Shown: piece after piece, positions 36,909-46,241 of the stretch | Position numbering within the stretch: position 1 is the first letter of the stretch | How the letters are laid out: the number at the start of each line of letters is the position of its first letter | Source of the DNA: Thermodesulfobacteriota bacterium | GTDB lineage: Bacteria; Desulfobacterota; Binatia; Bin18 | Reading direction: 5' to 3' | NCBI GenBank assembly: GCA_964291405.2 | Contig: OZ219926.1 | Location: 2,176,001-2,240,000, forward strand | Length of the DNA stretch: 64,000 nt | Translations under genes and position numbers: made by a program | The notes under the pieces: model-generated | Databases searched by the model: none | Told to the model about the DNA's origin: nothing | The model's input: only the letters and a program-made list of their open reading frames with translations

Positions 36909-38429
36909 TCACTCCCGGTCCAAAGCCCGGTACTGAATGGCCTGGGCGATATGGGCGCCGGTGATATGGTCCTCGCCGGCGAGGTCGGCAATAGTGCGGG
37001 CGACTTTGAGAATGCGGGTATAGGCGCGGGCGCTTAGCCCCAGGCGTTGCATGGCATTTTCCAGGAGCTTCTCGCCGGCGTCGTCGGGCTGACAATACGT
37101 GCGGATATCCCGGCTGGACATTTGTGCGTTGCAGAAAATCTTGCGCTTCTGAAAACGCTGGAGTTGAATTTCACGGGCACGGTTCACGCGCGTCCGAATG
37201 GTTGCCGAGTCCTCCCCCGTGGCTTTGTCACTCAGTTCTTTATACTTGACCGCCGGGACTTCGACCTGAATGTCGATACGATCCAACAAAGGGCCGGAAA
37301 TCCTGGCCCGATAGCGTTGGACCTGCTGCGGGGAGCAGGTGCACTCGTGCTGCGGATCACCGAAGAAGCCACAACCGCACGGATTCATCGCCGCAACCAG
37401 CATGATGTCCGCCGGATACGTGATGGACCCGACCGCGCGCGAGATCGTGACCCGGGCATCCTCCAGGGGCTGACGCAGGACTTCGAGGACGTTCTTGCGG
37501 AACTCCGGCAGTTCATCCAGAAAGAGCACGCCATGGTGGGCCAGGGAGACCTCACCCGGTTTGGGAACCGTGCCGCCGCCAATCATGCCGGCATCGGAGA
37601 TGGTGTGATGCGGGCTACGGAAGGGCCGGGTTGCAACGAGGGCCTTGCCGTTCAGGCTGCCGGCGACGCTGTGAACCTTGGTCGTTTCAATCGCTTCGGT
37701 CAGGGTCAGCGTGGGCAGCACCGTTGGCAGGCGTCTCGCCAGCATGGTCTTTCCGGACCCCGGCGGACCCACTAACAGCAGGTTATGTCCGCCACTGGCC
37801 GCGACTTCGAGGGCGCGCTTCACGTGCTCCTGACCTTTCACATCGTTAAAATCAACCTCATATGCGGAGTGCCGGGTAAAGAGGGTGTTGACATCAACAG
37901 CGGCCGAGTCGAGTGGACGCTCGCCGTTGAGCAGCAGAAAGGCTTCACTCAGTGTGGACACGCCAAAGACCGCAACCTCGTCAACAACCGCAGCCTCGGG
38001 CGCGTTTTCCGTAGGAACAATCAAGCCCTTGAGCCCCTTCTCCTTTGCCATCACGGCTAAGGGTAAAGCTCCATGGATAGGCTTGACTCGTCCGTCGAGT
38101 GAGAGTTCGCCCAAGATCGCGTAGGAGTGAAGCTGTTCTTTGGTCAGCCAGCCTTCCGCCGCCAGAATGCCGAGGGCAATAGGCAGATCGTAGGCCGCGC
38201 CTTCTTTTTTGACGTCCGCAGGGGCGAGATTAACGGTGATGCGGCGAGCCGGAAATTCGTAGCCGGAATTCTTTATGGCCGAGCGAACCCGGTCTTTGCT
38301 CTCTCGGACAGCCCCCTCAGGAAGGCCGACGGTGGTAAACTGCGGCAAACCCAGTGCCACGTCAACCTCGACCTCAACCAACAACCCATCAATACCGACC
38401 AGAGCCCCGGATACCGCTGTCGCAAGCAT
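36909..38429 (-). CDS. comM: YifB/ComM family Mg-chelatase-like AAA+ ATPase
   Basis: [35 protein letters not shown] and SGPLLDRID. Confidence 0.93.
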   Translation of the reverse strand: MLATAVSGALVGIDGLLVEVEVDVALGLPQFTTVGLPEGAVRESKDRVRSAIKNSGYEFPARRITVNLAPADVKKEGAAYDLPIALGILAAEGWLTKEQLHSYAILGELSLDGRVKPIHGALPLAVMAKEKGLKGLIVPTENAPEAAVVDEVAVFGVSTLSEAFLLLNGERPLDSAAVDVNTLFTRHSAYEVDFNDVKGQEHVKRALEVAASGGHNLLLVGPPGSGKTMLARRLPTVLPTLTLTEAIETTKVHSVAGSLNGKALVATRPFRSPHHTISDAGMIGGGTVPKPGEVSLAHHGVLFLDELPEFRKNVLEVLRQPLEDARVTISRAVGSITYPADIMLVAAMNPCGCGFFGDPQHECTCSPQQVQRYRARISGPLLDRIDIQVEVPAVKYKELSDKATGEDSATIRTRVNRAREIQLQRFQKRKIFCNAQMSSRDIRTYCQPDDAGEKLLENAMQRLGLSARAYTRILKVARTIADLAGEDHITGAHIAQAIQYRALDRE

Positions 38430-38485
38430 GCTCTGCTGCTAACGGAAAGAGCACCAGAAATCAATAAACGGGGCCATCCGGCCGA

Positions 38486-38539
38486 AAAGAGGAAACGTGT
38501 CCAGCATCGCATATCTATTGGAAGACACGTTTCCTCTTC
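38486..38539 (-). repeat. 54-bp palindromic element, copy 2
   Basis: AAAGAGGAAACGTGTCC-agcatcgcatatctattgga-AGACACGTTTCCTCTTC, between divergent genes. Confidence 0.9.
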
Positions 38540-38614
38540 GTTCCCTTGTCTGACTGCGAAGAGGTGATAGGCTACGCTCCGTACTGAAATATGGATTGAC
38601 CGGAAAAAGGAGGT

Positions 38615-39565
38615 ATGGCTATGGCCCGGATCGGAGTAGTTGCCGCTAATATGTCAGGACTGACGTTTCCCGAGTTGCAGGACTTGGCCAAGAACGCCGA
38701 GGCGGCTGGGTTTGAATCGATCTTTTCACCGGAATTCATGAACGACTCGCTGATGAACTGCCAGATCATGGCCCAGGCCACCTCGCGAATTAAGGTCGGC
38801 ACCTGGATTGCGAATATCTATCTGCGCCACCCCGCACTGTGCGCGCAAACGGCCATCGCGATTGACGACACCTCGCACGGTCGGCTGATTCTGGGTCTCG
38901 GGGTGAGTCACCGGCCCATTGTTGAAGGCCTCTACCAGGAAAAAATGGAAAAACCGCGGACCTTTATGCGCCAGTACATTGGTGCGATCCGCGATATGGC
39001 CGCAGGCAAAGAGCTGCCCGGTATGGCCATGCAACCTCGCGCGGCAACGCATCATGTTCCCATCTATATCGCGGCCCTGGCTCTGGGCACCGCCACCCTC
39101 AGTGGTGAACTGGCCGATGGCGTCATGCTGTATCTTTGTCCCACGAGTCGGCTGCCCACGGCCGTGGCCGCGGTTGAAAAGGGAGCAGCCAAAGCCGGTC
39201 GACCGCTTTCGGACATTGATATTACCACGGGCATTCCATCCTGCATTCACGACGATATGGACGCAGCCATGCAAGCGGCCACGGCCAACCTCGGATTTTA
39301 TGGCGGCCTGCCCTTCTATAACAAGCTGTTTCACGACAGCGGGTTTGAAGCGGAAGCAGCGCAACTCGCAGACGGTCAGGGGCAGGGAGCGACAGACAAT
39401 ATGGCGGACGAACTGTCAGTCATCGGGCCGCCCGCACGCTGCCGGGAACAACTCGCTGCCTTCCGCGAAGCCGGCGTTCAACTGCCGATCCTCAATCCGG
39501 TACCGGTCGGAGACCAGACCTACGCCCAGGCCGTCCAGAAGGCGATTGAGACGTTTGCCCAGTAA
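38615..39565 (+). CDS. LLM-class flavin-dependent oxidoreductase
   Basis: AEAAGFES, TSRIKVGT, SHGRLILGLGVS, PIYIAA and ELADG motifs. Confidence 0.92.
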   Translation: MAMARIGVVAANMSGLTFPELQDLAKNAEAAGFESIFSPEFMNDSLMNCQIMAQATSRIKVGTWIANIYLRHPALCAQTAIAIDDTSHGRLILGLGVSHRPIVEGLYQEKMEKPRTFMRQYIGAIRDMAAGKELPGMAMQPRAATHHVPIYIAALALGTATLSGELADGVMLYLCPTSRLPTAVAAVEKGAAKAGRPLSDIDITTGIPSCIHDDMDAAMQAATANLGFYGGLPFYNKLFHDSGFEAEAAQLADGQGQGATDNMADELSVIGPPARCREQLAAFREAGVQLPILNPVPVGDQTYAQAVQKAIETFAQ

Positions 39566-39574
39566 CCTGAATCC

Positions 39575-39600
39575 TAGGGGCGCGACCTGTCGTGCCCCTA
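39575..39600. repeat. REP-like hairpin / bidirectional terminator
   Basis: TAGGGGCGCGA-cctg-TCGTGCCCCTA between convergent genes. It resembles GTAGGGGCG...CGCCCCTAC REPs. Confidence 0.6.
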
Positions 39601-40644
39601 TTGATCATCCGGGATCTCCCACCGTTCGCCAACCGCAAAGATTTTAATAGGATCGAGCGTCCCGCCGGCCTGCTCAACGACCCGCTGAAGTTCTCGGGGC
39701 GGTTCGTCTATGGGCTCGTCGGTGAGCCGAAACGTTCCCCAGTGGCACGGCAGCATCCAGCGCGCCTTGAGGTCCAGAAAGGCTTGATAGGCTTCGGCTG
39801 GATTCAGGTGGGAGTAGTGCATGATCCAGCGGGGCTCATAGGCCCCAATAGGCAGTATGGCCACATCGATCGGACCGAATTTCTTCCCGATCTCGGTAAA
39901 GCCGTGGAAATATCCCGTATCACCGGCGAAGAAATAGGTCCGTTCGGCATTGGCAATGATCCAGCCACACCATAGGGTGGAATCCCGCGCCTGCTCAATG
40001 CGTTGCGACCAGTGTTGCACCGGCACGCAGGTGACCCGCCAGCGACCGTGCTGTGCGCTTTGCCACCAGTCGAGTTCGACCGCTTTTCTTCCCTTTTTTT
40101 CGATCCACTCGCCGAGTCCCAGCGGGACAAACCAAGTCACGGTCCGGGGCAAATGCTCAACCGTATAGGCATCGAGATGGTCATAGTGATTATGGGAGAC
40201 CACGGCAAAAGCGTCGGCGGGAATAGAGGTGATCGGCACGCCGGGCGGATGGAAGCGGGCTGGAATCAACGCCCGCTTGCCAAAATGGGGATCGGTCAGA
40301 AAGACATCCCCCGTGTCATGGACAGCAAAAGTCGAATGGCCTACCCAAGTGACGGAAGCCGAGGTTTCAGGGGTGGTAAACGAGCGGCCATCGTTGTCCA
40401 CCCGGCGAACGAGTGGGGGGTCACGCCACTCGCCGGTATAGGCGCTACGCGAGACCGCCCAGCGGAACAGATCGGTCCAATGCTTGTTTGAAGGGCGCCA
40501 GGGATTGAGCCACGCCCCAGGCTCACCGTGGGCCGCATACAGCAACGTCGGGTCGGGATTCAGTTCGGGCGTGCGGTCCGGGGGAACCGAACAGGAGAGA
40601 GAAAAGAAAACCAAAAGAGTGCTGGAGAAGACACGGATATACAT
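39598..40644 (-). CDS. MBL-fold metallohydrolase (NAPE-PLD/RomA-like), putative lipoprotein
   Basis: TWVGHST, SHNHYDHLD, FAGDTGY, PIGAYEP and HWGTF; lipobox-like SLSC. Confidence 0.9.
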   Translation of the reverse strand: MYIRVFSSTLLVFFSLSCSVPPDRTPELNPDPTLLYAAHGEPGAWLNPWRPSNKHWTDLFRWAVSRSAYTGEWRDPPLVRRVDNDGRSFTTPETSASVTWVGHSTFAVHDTGDVFLTDPHFGKRALIPARFHPPGVPITSIPADAFAVVSHNHYDHLDAYTVEHLPRTVTWFVPLGLGEWIEKKGRKAVELDWWQSAQHGRWRVTCVPVQHWSQRIEQARDSTLWCGWIIANAERTYFFAGDTGYFHGFTEIGKKFGPIDVAILPIGAYEPRWIMHYSHLNPAEAYQAFLDLKARWMLPCHWGTFRLTDEPIDEPPRELQRVVEQAGGTLDPIKIFAVGERWEIPDDQ

Positions 40645-40740
40645 GAGAGATTCTGCTCTATCCCGCCCTCTCCGAGAAGAAAAGTCCCTGCACCCCTCCT
40701 GTGACCGCTCTCCTCGGAATCCGTCATCAGCAACTTGGTT

Positions 40741-41715
40741 TTATGTCTGATACAGAGACGCCACAAACTCTCCATACCCGTTGTAGGGGAGCGTTGCCTT
40801 GATTTCTCTCGTCCCCAGCACACGCTCGCTCGCCTGGGACCAGCGGGGATGAGGAATGGCGGGATTCACGTTGGCAACAAAGTCGTACTCCCAGGGGATG
40901 AGGGTATTCCAGAAGGTCTTTGGCTGTTCTGCGACAAACTCCAGGCGCACAATCGACTTGATGCTTTTATAGCCATACTTCCACGGCACCACGAGCCGAA
41001 TCGGCGCACCGTGCTGTTTGGTCAGCTCATGGCCGTAGATGCCGGTCACGAACAGGGATAGCTCATTGGTGGCCTCGGCCATGCTGAGTCCTTCGTGATA
41101 CGGCCACGGATAGGTGTCGTTGCGCAGGCCGGGTGCGACCTGTGGATCGTGGAAAGTAACCATGTTCAGATATTTAGCCGAGGCGAGCGGCTGGACAAGA
41201 TCGATCAGCGCCTGAATGGGAAAACCGGTCCAGGGCACGCTCATGGACCAGGCTTCCACGCAGCGGTGCCGGTAGAGGCGCTCTTCCAGTGGCATCTTCC
41301 GCACCAGGTCGTCGATATCGAAGGTCTGGGGCTTGTGGACCAGACCGTTCACCTCTACCTGCCAAGGGCGGGTCTGCCACTGCTCGACCAGGCGCACGAC
41401 CAGCTCTTTGCGCGAACTGAACTCGTAGAAATTATTGTAATTGGCCGCATCCACTTCGGACGTCAACGGTCGGTCCAGGGTAAACTGTTCGTTGCGCTGC
41501 GCCGGGTAGAGGTCGGCGGTGGCGCTTGGTTCGGGCAGGCCGCGAATCTCAGGAGCTTCTTTTGCGCCTGAGCTTTCACACCCGGCAAACGCACCCAGCG
41601 TACTGATACCAGCGATCCCGAGCGCCTGCAGAAAGCTGCGCCGGTTGAGGTAGACATTTTCCGGGGTTGCCGTGCGCTCAGAAATTTCCCAGCCACGAGG
41701 GCTCTGAATCAACAT
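40741..41715 (-). CDS. msrP: Protein-methionine-sulfoxide reductase catalytic subunit
   Basis: Tat motif NRRSFL, YNNFYEF, RCVEAWSM, HGAPIRLVVPWKYG and HPRWSQASE. Confidence 0.95.
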   Translation of the reverse strand: MLIQSPRGWEISERTATPENVYLNRRSFLQALGIAGISTLGAFAGCESSGAKEAPEIRGLPEPSATADLYPAQRNEQFTLDRPLTSEVDAANYNNFYEFSSRKELVVRLVEQWQTRPWQVEVNGLVHKPQTFDIDDLVRKMPLEERLYRHRCVEAWSMSVPWTGFPIQALIDLVQPLASAKYLNMVTFHDPQVAPGLRNDTYPWPYHEGLSMAEATNELSLFVTGIYGHELTKQHGAPIRLVVPWKYGYKSIKSIVRLEFVAEQPKTFWNTLIPWEYDFVANVNPAIPHPRWSQASERVLGTREIKATLPYNGYGEFVASLYQT

Positions 41716-41883
41716 GTTGTGTCCTTTCTGCTGCGTGCCTGACCTGAGGCCCTCAATCTCACCCCCATCATCGTAGGTGACTGGTGGCGAGAGTCAATCT
41801 GACTAGGCCGTATTGTGAATTATGGGTCGATCAGCCACAATCCAACAGGCTGGCTCTCATGGCGACGACTCTGAGGAGGAGAC

Positions 41884-43143
41884 ATGGCTGACAAGACAAA
41901 TGGTGCGCAGAAACTCCTGTCCGGGATAACCGTGCTCGACTTTACCCAATATCTCGCCGGCCCGTCCGCAACCCGGATTCTGGCCGACCTCGGGGCGGAT
42001 GTGATCAAGATTGAACGCGCCCCCGACGGCGACCTGGGACGGCAGATCCATCTTGTTGAGCACGGCCAAAGCGCGCTCTATCTGGCCGCCTGCGCCGGCA
42101 AGAAAAGTGTCTGTGTTGAGATCAAGCACCCGAAGGGAAAGGAAATCGTCTATCAACTGGTACGAAAGGCCGACGTTGTGGTGGAGAATTACAGCCCTGG
42201 GGTCATGGCACGGAACGGACTGGACTATGACACGCTTAAAGAACTGAACGCCAAACTGATCATGTGCTCGGTGTCAGGCTATGGGCAGGACGGGCCGTAC
42301 GCCAGCCATACCAGCTTTGACATTATCGCTCAGGCCCAGAGCGGCGTGATGGCCATGACCGGGGAACCGGATGGGCCACCGACCTATGTGGGCAACTATT
42401 TTGGGGACCCGAATACGGGTATTCATGGCGCGCTCGCCATCTGTGCCGCGCTCTTTCACCGCGCCAGTAGCGGACAGGGCCAGTATATTGACGTGTCGCA
42501 GCTCGAATCCCTGGTCTATCTGGACTACGTCAACTTCCCACTTTTTCTGATGAGTCAGGGCACTATTGTGCCGCAGCGTTTTGGCGGAGACTTTTTCAAT
42601 GTGTGCCCCTATGGCGTGTACAAGGCAAAAAAAGGCTATCTCGTTTTTGCCGTCGCCGGTCATCAATGGCCGGCATTAACAAAGGCGATGGGCAAACCGG
42701 AACTGGCCACGGACGAACGCTACGCCACCATGGAGGATAGAGTCGAGCGAAGTGCGGAGGTTCGGCAACATATCGAAGACTGGCTCCAGACCTTTGAGGA
42801 CGACGAGACACCCCTGAAAATTCTGGCCGAAGCCCGCGTGCCGGCCGCACCGATCCTGGATATTCCCGACGCCGCGGCTCACCCCCAGTTGAAGGCGCGC
42901 GGACTGTTTCAAGACGTGCCACATCCGCTACTCGGTCCGACTCCGATTGCCAAATCGCCCTTTCATTTTTCCAACGCGGACGTCGAGATTCCCTTTCGCG
43001 CAGCCTTCCTGGGCGAACATAACGAGGAAGTGTTGCAGAAGCACCTGGCCTATTCGGAAGAGCAAGTCGCCGCGCTGTATACAGACGGCGCCCTCGTGCA
43101 AGAGGACCAGGTGAAAGAGCTGCGAGCAGCAGGGAAGCTCTAG
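41884..43143 (+). CDS. CoA transferase (CaiB/BaiF family III)
   Basis: VLDFTQYLAGP, LADLGADVIKIE, ADVVVENY and SGYGQDGP. Confidence 0.93.
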   Translation: MADKTNGAQKLLSGITVLDFTQYLAGPSATRILADLGADVIKIERAPDGDLGRQIHLVEHGQSALYLAACAGKKSVCVEIKHPKGKEIVYQLVRKADVVVENYSPGVMARNGLDYDTLKELNAKLIMCSVSGYGQDGPYASHTSFDIIAQAQSGVMAMTGEPDGPPTYVGNYFGDPNTGIHGALAICAALFHRASSGQGQYIDVSQLESLVYLDYVNFPLFLMSQGTIVPQRFGGDFFNVCPYGVYKAKKGYLVFAVAGHQWPALTKAMGKPELATDERYATMEDRVERSAEVRQHIEDWLQTFEDDETPLKILAEARVPAAPILDIPDAAAHPQLKARGLFQDVPHPLLGPTPIAKSPFHFSNADVEIPFRAAFLGEHNEEVLQKHLAYSEEQVAALYTDGALVQEDQVKELRAAGKL

Positions 43144-43171
43144 GCTGCGCCAGAGTAGGCCGTCCCCGCGC

Positions 43172-43963
43172 TTACTGTCCTTTCCACTCGGGCTCACGTT
43201 TTTCCGCAAATGCGCGTGGGCCTTCGGTATAGTCCTGAGTCTGGGTCAGCGTCGAGAATAAGATGTTCTCAAACCGCAGGGCATCTTCAAGCACGCGACC
43301 GAGGCTGCGCAGCATGGATTCTTTGGCCGACCGCACGCCCAGCGGACTGTTGCGCAGAATGGTCCGGGCGTAGCGCTCGGCGGTAGGCATAAGCTCCGCG
43401 GCGGGCACGACTTCGCTCACCAGACCGATCCGCAGAGCTTCCTGGGCGTCAATCGCCTCCCCGGTGAGCTGCATCTTGAGGGCATTGGCCAAGCCGACGA
43501 TCAGCGGCAGACGGACCGTTCCTCCGTCGCAATGATGAAACCCCCGCTTGACCTCAGAGCAGCCGAACTGAGCGTTGTCTGACGCCACGCGAATATCGCA
43601 TGCCAGCGCCAGTTCTAACCCTCCGGCTAGGGCGTAGCCATTAACGGCGCCGATAATCGGCTTCCAGATTTCGAGGCCACGGGTGATGCCTCCAAATCCC
43701 AGGCCGTTGGCAACCTGTCTGACCGCGTACGGACTCCCGCTACCGATACTCGGCGTGTAGGTCTTGAGATCGGCCCCGGCGCAAAAGGCCCGTTCGCCAC
43801 TCCCGGTGAGGATAGCGACCCAGACATCCGGATCGTCGCGAAAGTCGGTCCAGACTTCGATGATTTCCTGATTGTGGGCCGGCCCGAGGGCATTCATGGC
43901 TTCCGGGCGTTGGATGGTGATATAGGCGATCCGGTCACGTTTTTCATACGCTATGACAGACAT
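43172..43963 (-). CDS. Enoyl-CoA hydratase/isomerase
   Basis: RPEAMNA, AFCAGADL, AVNGYALAGGLE and SEVKRG. Confidence 0.94.
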   Translation of the reverse strand: MSVIAYEKRDRIAYITIQRPEAMNALGPAHNQEIIEVWTDFRDDPDVWVAILTGSGERAFCAGADLKTYTPSIGSGSPYAVRQVANGLGFGGITRGLEIWKPIIGAVNGYALAGGLELALACDIRVASDNAQFGCSEVKRGFHHCDGGTVRLPLIVGLANALKMQLTGEAIDAQEALRIGLVSEVVPAAELMPTAERYARTILRNSPLGVRSAKESMLRSLGRVLEDALRFENILFSTLTQTQDYTEGPRAFAEKREPEWKGQ

Positions 43964-43977
43964 GGGCTTCTCCTCCT

Positions 43978-45210
43978 TTATGTTTCGTGACGGGCGTCCC
44001 GTCCGACTTGCTCAAGCCGAGTGATGACTTCTTTGGGATTAATCCGGTTCTTAAAAAAGAACACCCTACCCGGAACGTCGGTAAAGTCGTCCTGGCTGAC
44101 ATTCAGGTTGGCCGACACGGCAATCACCATGTCCTGCCGGCCTGAACGGCGCAGCTTCATGAGCTTTTTTTTCAGGTACTCCGGTCGCCAGTAGCCCACG
44201 ATTTCCATGAGCGCGGTACGCCCGTCCATGTGCCGAAAAGCGAAGTCCGGAATGAAGACGGTCTCTTTCAGATTGATAATGGCCACCTCCCGTTCAATCT
44301 TCCAGCCGCTCTCAATCGCGTGAAAGCGTTCGGCAAAGGTCTTTTCGAGGAGCGAGTCATACATGGTGCTGTCGCGATAGTGCGAGACGAGATTGGCACT
44401 CTCGTCGAGGGGGAAATAGCGATGCTCGCCTGCGGCGGTGACAATCTCCGCCTCCATTTTCCAGCGGGTACACAGTAGCAAGGCCGGCAGGAAGACGGCC
44501 AGCTTGAGGCCGTACTTCTGAGAGAGACGGAACATGCTGACCGGTCCGTCCAGTAGAATCTCATAGCCACTGTCAAGATCGCCCTCAATCGCGTGCATGA
44601 GTTGATAGAATTTGATGAACTTGAAGAGCTGTTTGTAACGGCTCGGAATGTTCCGAAAGACCGACAGCTTCATCCGAATGCAGCGATACAGCAGAGCCTG
44701 CGCCAGGGCAACATTATAACGTTGGAGCAGCCACGCCGGCTCGGGCGGGTCAAAGCGCGTCAGGATGTGGTTCTCGGCCAGATCGGCGTAGAGCGCCCAG
44801 GCAATCTGTTCCGGCTCGGCTGTATACTCGCGCGCAACCTCGGCGATCAACTCGTCTTTGGTCACGGGATGGATATGGTCGGGCTGTAAGACAACGGGAT
44901 GGTTCTCGCGAGCCAAAGCGAACAGGCGGCGGCGGACCTCCAGCGGCGGGGCCACCGCCTGCTCCTCAAATTCGCACCGGTCGTCACGCAGCAGCTTGGC
45001 CAGCCCGCGCTGGATGCGAAAGTCGGTCCGATCTTCCGCATACTGATTCAGCGCCGCAGTCAGCTCCCGCCTGGGCTTGCCCTGATGATCGGCATAGATG
45101 GAGATCAGCTCCTCGGCCATCCGGGTAAAGCGCGGCGCGTCGGTCCGCACGTAGCGCGGATAGAGATACGGGCCTTCGGTCCGCGTCAGCAGAAGATCCG
45201 AGGTCAGCAT
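43978..45210 (-). CDS. DUF790 family (Bax1-like) putative endonuclease
   Basis: MLTSDLL, LYADL, RYNVALAQALL, DGPVSMF, DSLLE, IPDF and EIVGYWRPEYL. Confidence 0.88.
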   Translation of the reverse strand: MLTSDLLLTRTEGPYLYPRYVRTDAPRFTRMAEELISIYADHQGKPRRELTAALNQYAEDRTDFRIQRGLAKLLRDDRCEFEEQAVAPPLEVRRRLFALARENHPVVLQPDHIHPVTKDELIAEVAREYTAEPEQIAWALYADLAENHILTRFDPPEPAWLLQRYNVALAQALLYRCIRMKLSVFRNIPSRYKQLFKFIKFYQLMHAIEGDLDSGYEILLDGPVSMFRLSQKYGLKLAVFLPALLLCTRWKMEAEIVTAAGEHRYFPLDESANLVSHYRDSTMYDSLLEKTFAERFHAIESGWKIEREVAIINLKETVFIPDFAFRHMDGRTALMEIVGYWRPEYLKKKLMKLRRSGRQDMVIAVSANLNVSQDDFTDVPGRVFFFKNRINPKEVITRLEQVGRDARHET

Positions 45211-45293
45211 GGTTCCGGTCGAGTCTGGAGATTTTCACCACCGAGGGCAAGAGGGATGGGCTAGACTGTTCAGTCTGGTTCGCTATGGTTTGG

Positions 45294-45347
45294 AAAGAGT
45301 AAACGTGCCCTCCACTCAGGTATAATTGCTGGGCACGTTTACTCTTT
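45294..45347 (+). repeat. 54-bp palindromic element, copy 3
   Basis: AAAGAGTAAACGTGCCC-tccactcaggtataattgct-GGGCACGTTTACTCTTT; perfect 17-bp inverted repeat. Confidence 0.92.
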
Positions 45348-45365
45348 GTCAAATGAGGAGGGGCT

Positions 45366-46196
45366 ATGACGTATCAGAACCTGATATTCGAGAAGAAGGA
45401 TGCTATCGGCTATCTGACCCTCAACCGGCCACAGAAGCTCAATTCATTCAGCAAGGAACTGATGGCCGAACTGGGCGAGGCGCTTGATGCGATCGAAGCC
45501 GATGACGACATCCGGGTCGTGATTCTGACCGGAGCCGGGCGGGCGTTTTCCGCGGGGTTCAATATCGCGCCGCCGGAGGGCGAGCCCGAACTCTACGACC
45601 GCTCCGCGGATAGCTGGCGGACTGATTTGAAGTACAACATCGAGATTTTTCTCAAGATCTGGCATTCCAGCAAGCCGTATATTGCGGCGATTAACGGCTA
45701 TGCCCTGGCTGGCGCGTGCGAACTCGCCCAGTTATGCGATATTAAAATTGCCTCCGAGCAGGCGGTGCTCGGTGAGCCGGAAATCCGGTTTGGGACCGGC
45801 CCCCCGGTCCTGGTCACGCCGTTCAGCGTCGGGTTTGCCAAGGCAAAGGAACTGCTCCTGACCGGGGAAATGATCTCCGCCCACGAGGCTGAGCGCCTGG
45901 GCATGATCAATCGTGTCGTACCGCACGACCAGCTCATGCGTGAATGCGAGAAGACGGCCCGCAAGCTGGTAAAGATCGCTCAGGTTGGGGTGAAGTTTAA
46001 CAAGGCCGCCATTAACCGGGCGTATGAGAACATGGGCTTTCTGAACAGTATCTACCAGAATCTCGATCTGGTTGTCATGTTTGACACCACCCGGACGCAA
46101 GAGCAGGAAACGTTCAACCAGATCCGGAAGGAAAAAGGCCTGCGCGCCGCGCTCGACTGGCGCGATGCGCTGTTCAAGGAAGACGACAAAGAGTAA
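45366..46196 (+). CDS. Enoyl-CoA hydratase/isomerase
   Basis: LNRPQKLNS, AFSAGFNI, AINGYALAGACE and PEIRFG; GAGGAGG RBS. Confidence 0.94.
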   Translation: MTYQNLIFEKKDAIGYLTLNRPQKLNSFSKELMAELGEALDAIEADDDIRVVILTGAGRAFSAGFNIAPPEGEPELYDRSADSWRTDLKYNIEIFLKIWHSSKPYIAAINGYALAGACELAQLCDIKIASEQAVLGEPEIRFGTGPPVLVTPFSVGFAKAKELLLTGEMISAHEAERLGMINRVVPHDQLMRECEKTARKLVKIAQVGVKFNKAAINRAYENMGFLNSIYQNLDLVVMFDTTRTQEQETFNQIRKEKGLRAALDWRDALFKEDDKE

Positions 46197-46241
46197 ACGT
46201 GTCCAGCATCTCGTGTTTATTGGAAGACACGTTTACTCTTT
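46188..46241 (-). repeat. 54-bp palindromic element, copy 4 (contains the ECH stop codon)
   Basis: AAAGAGTAAACGTGTCC-agcatctcgtgtttattgga-AGACACGTTTACTCTTT. Confidence 0.92.

Noticed and set aside
38486-38539. 54-bp element as a simple terminator or transcription-factor operator
   Set aside because: It occurs between divergent genes and inside coding regions, with a 20-nt loop and 17-bp arms. This is atypical for both, though a secondary role is not excluded.
45294-46241. 54-bp elements as integron attC sites
   Set aside because: The arms read GAGTAAAC/GTTTACTC, not RYYYAAC/GTTRRRY. The flanking copies are oppositely oriented, some lie inside CDSs, and the recombinase is too short to be IntI.
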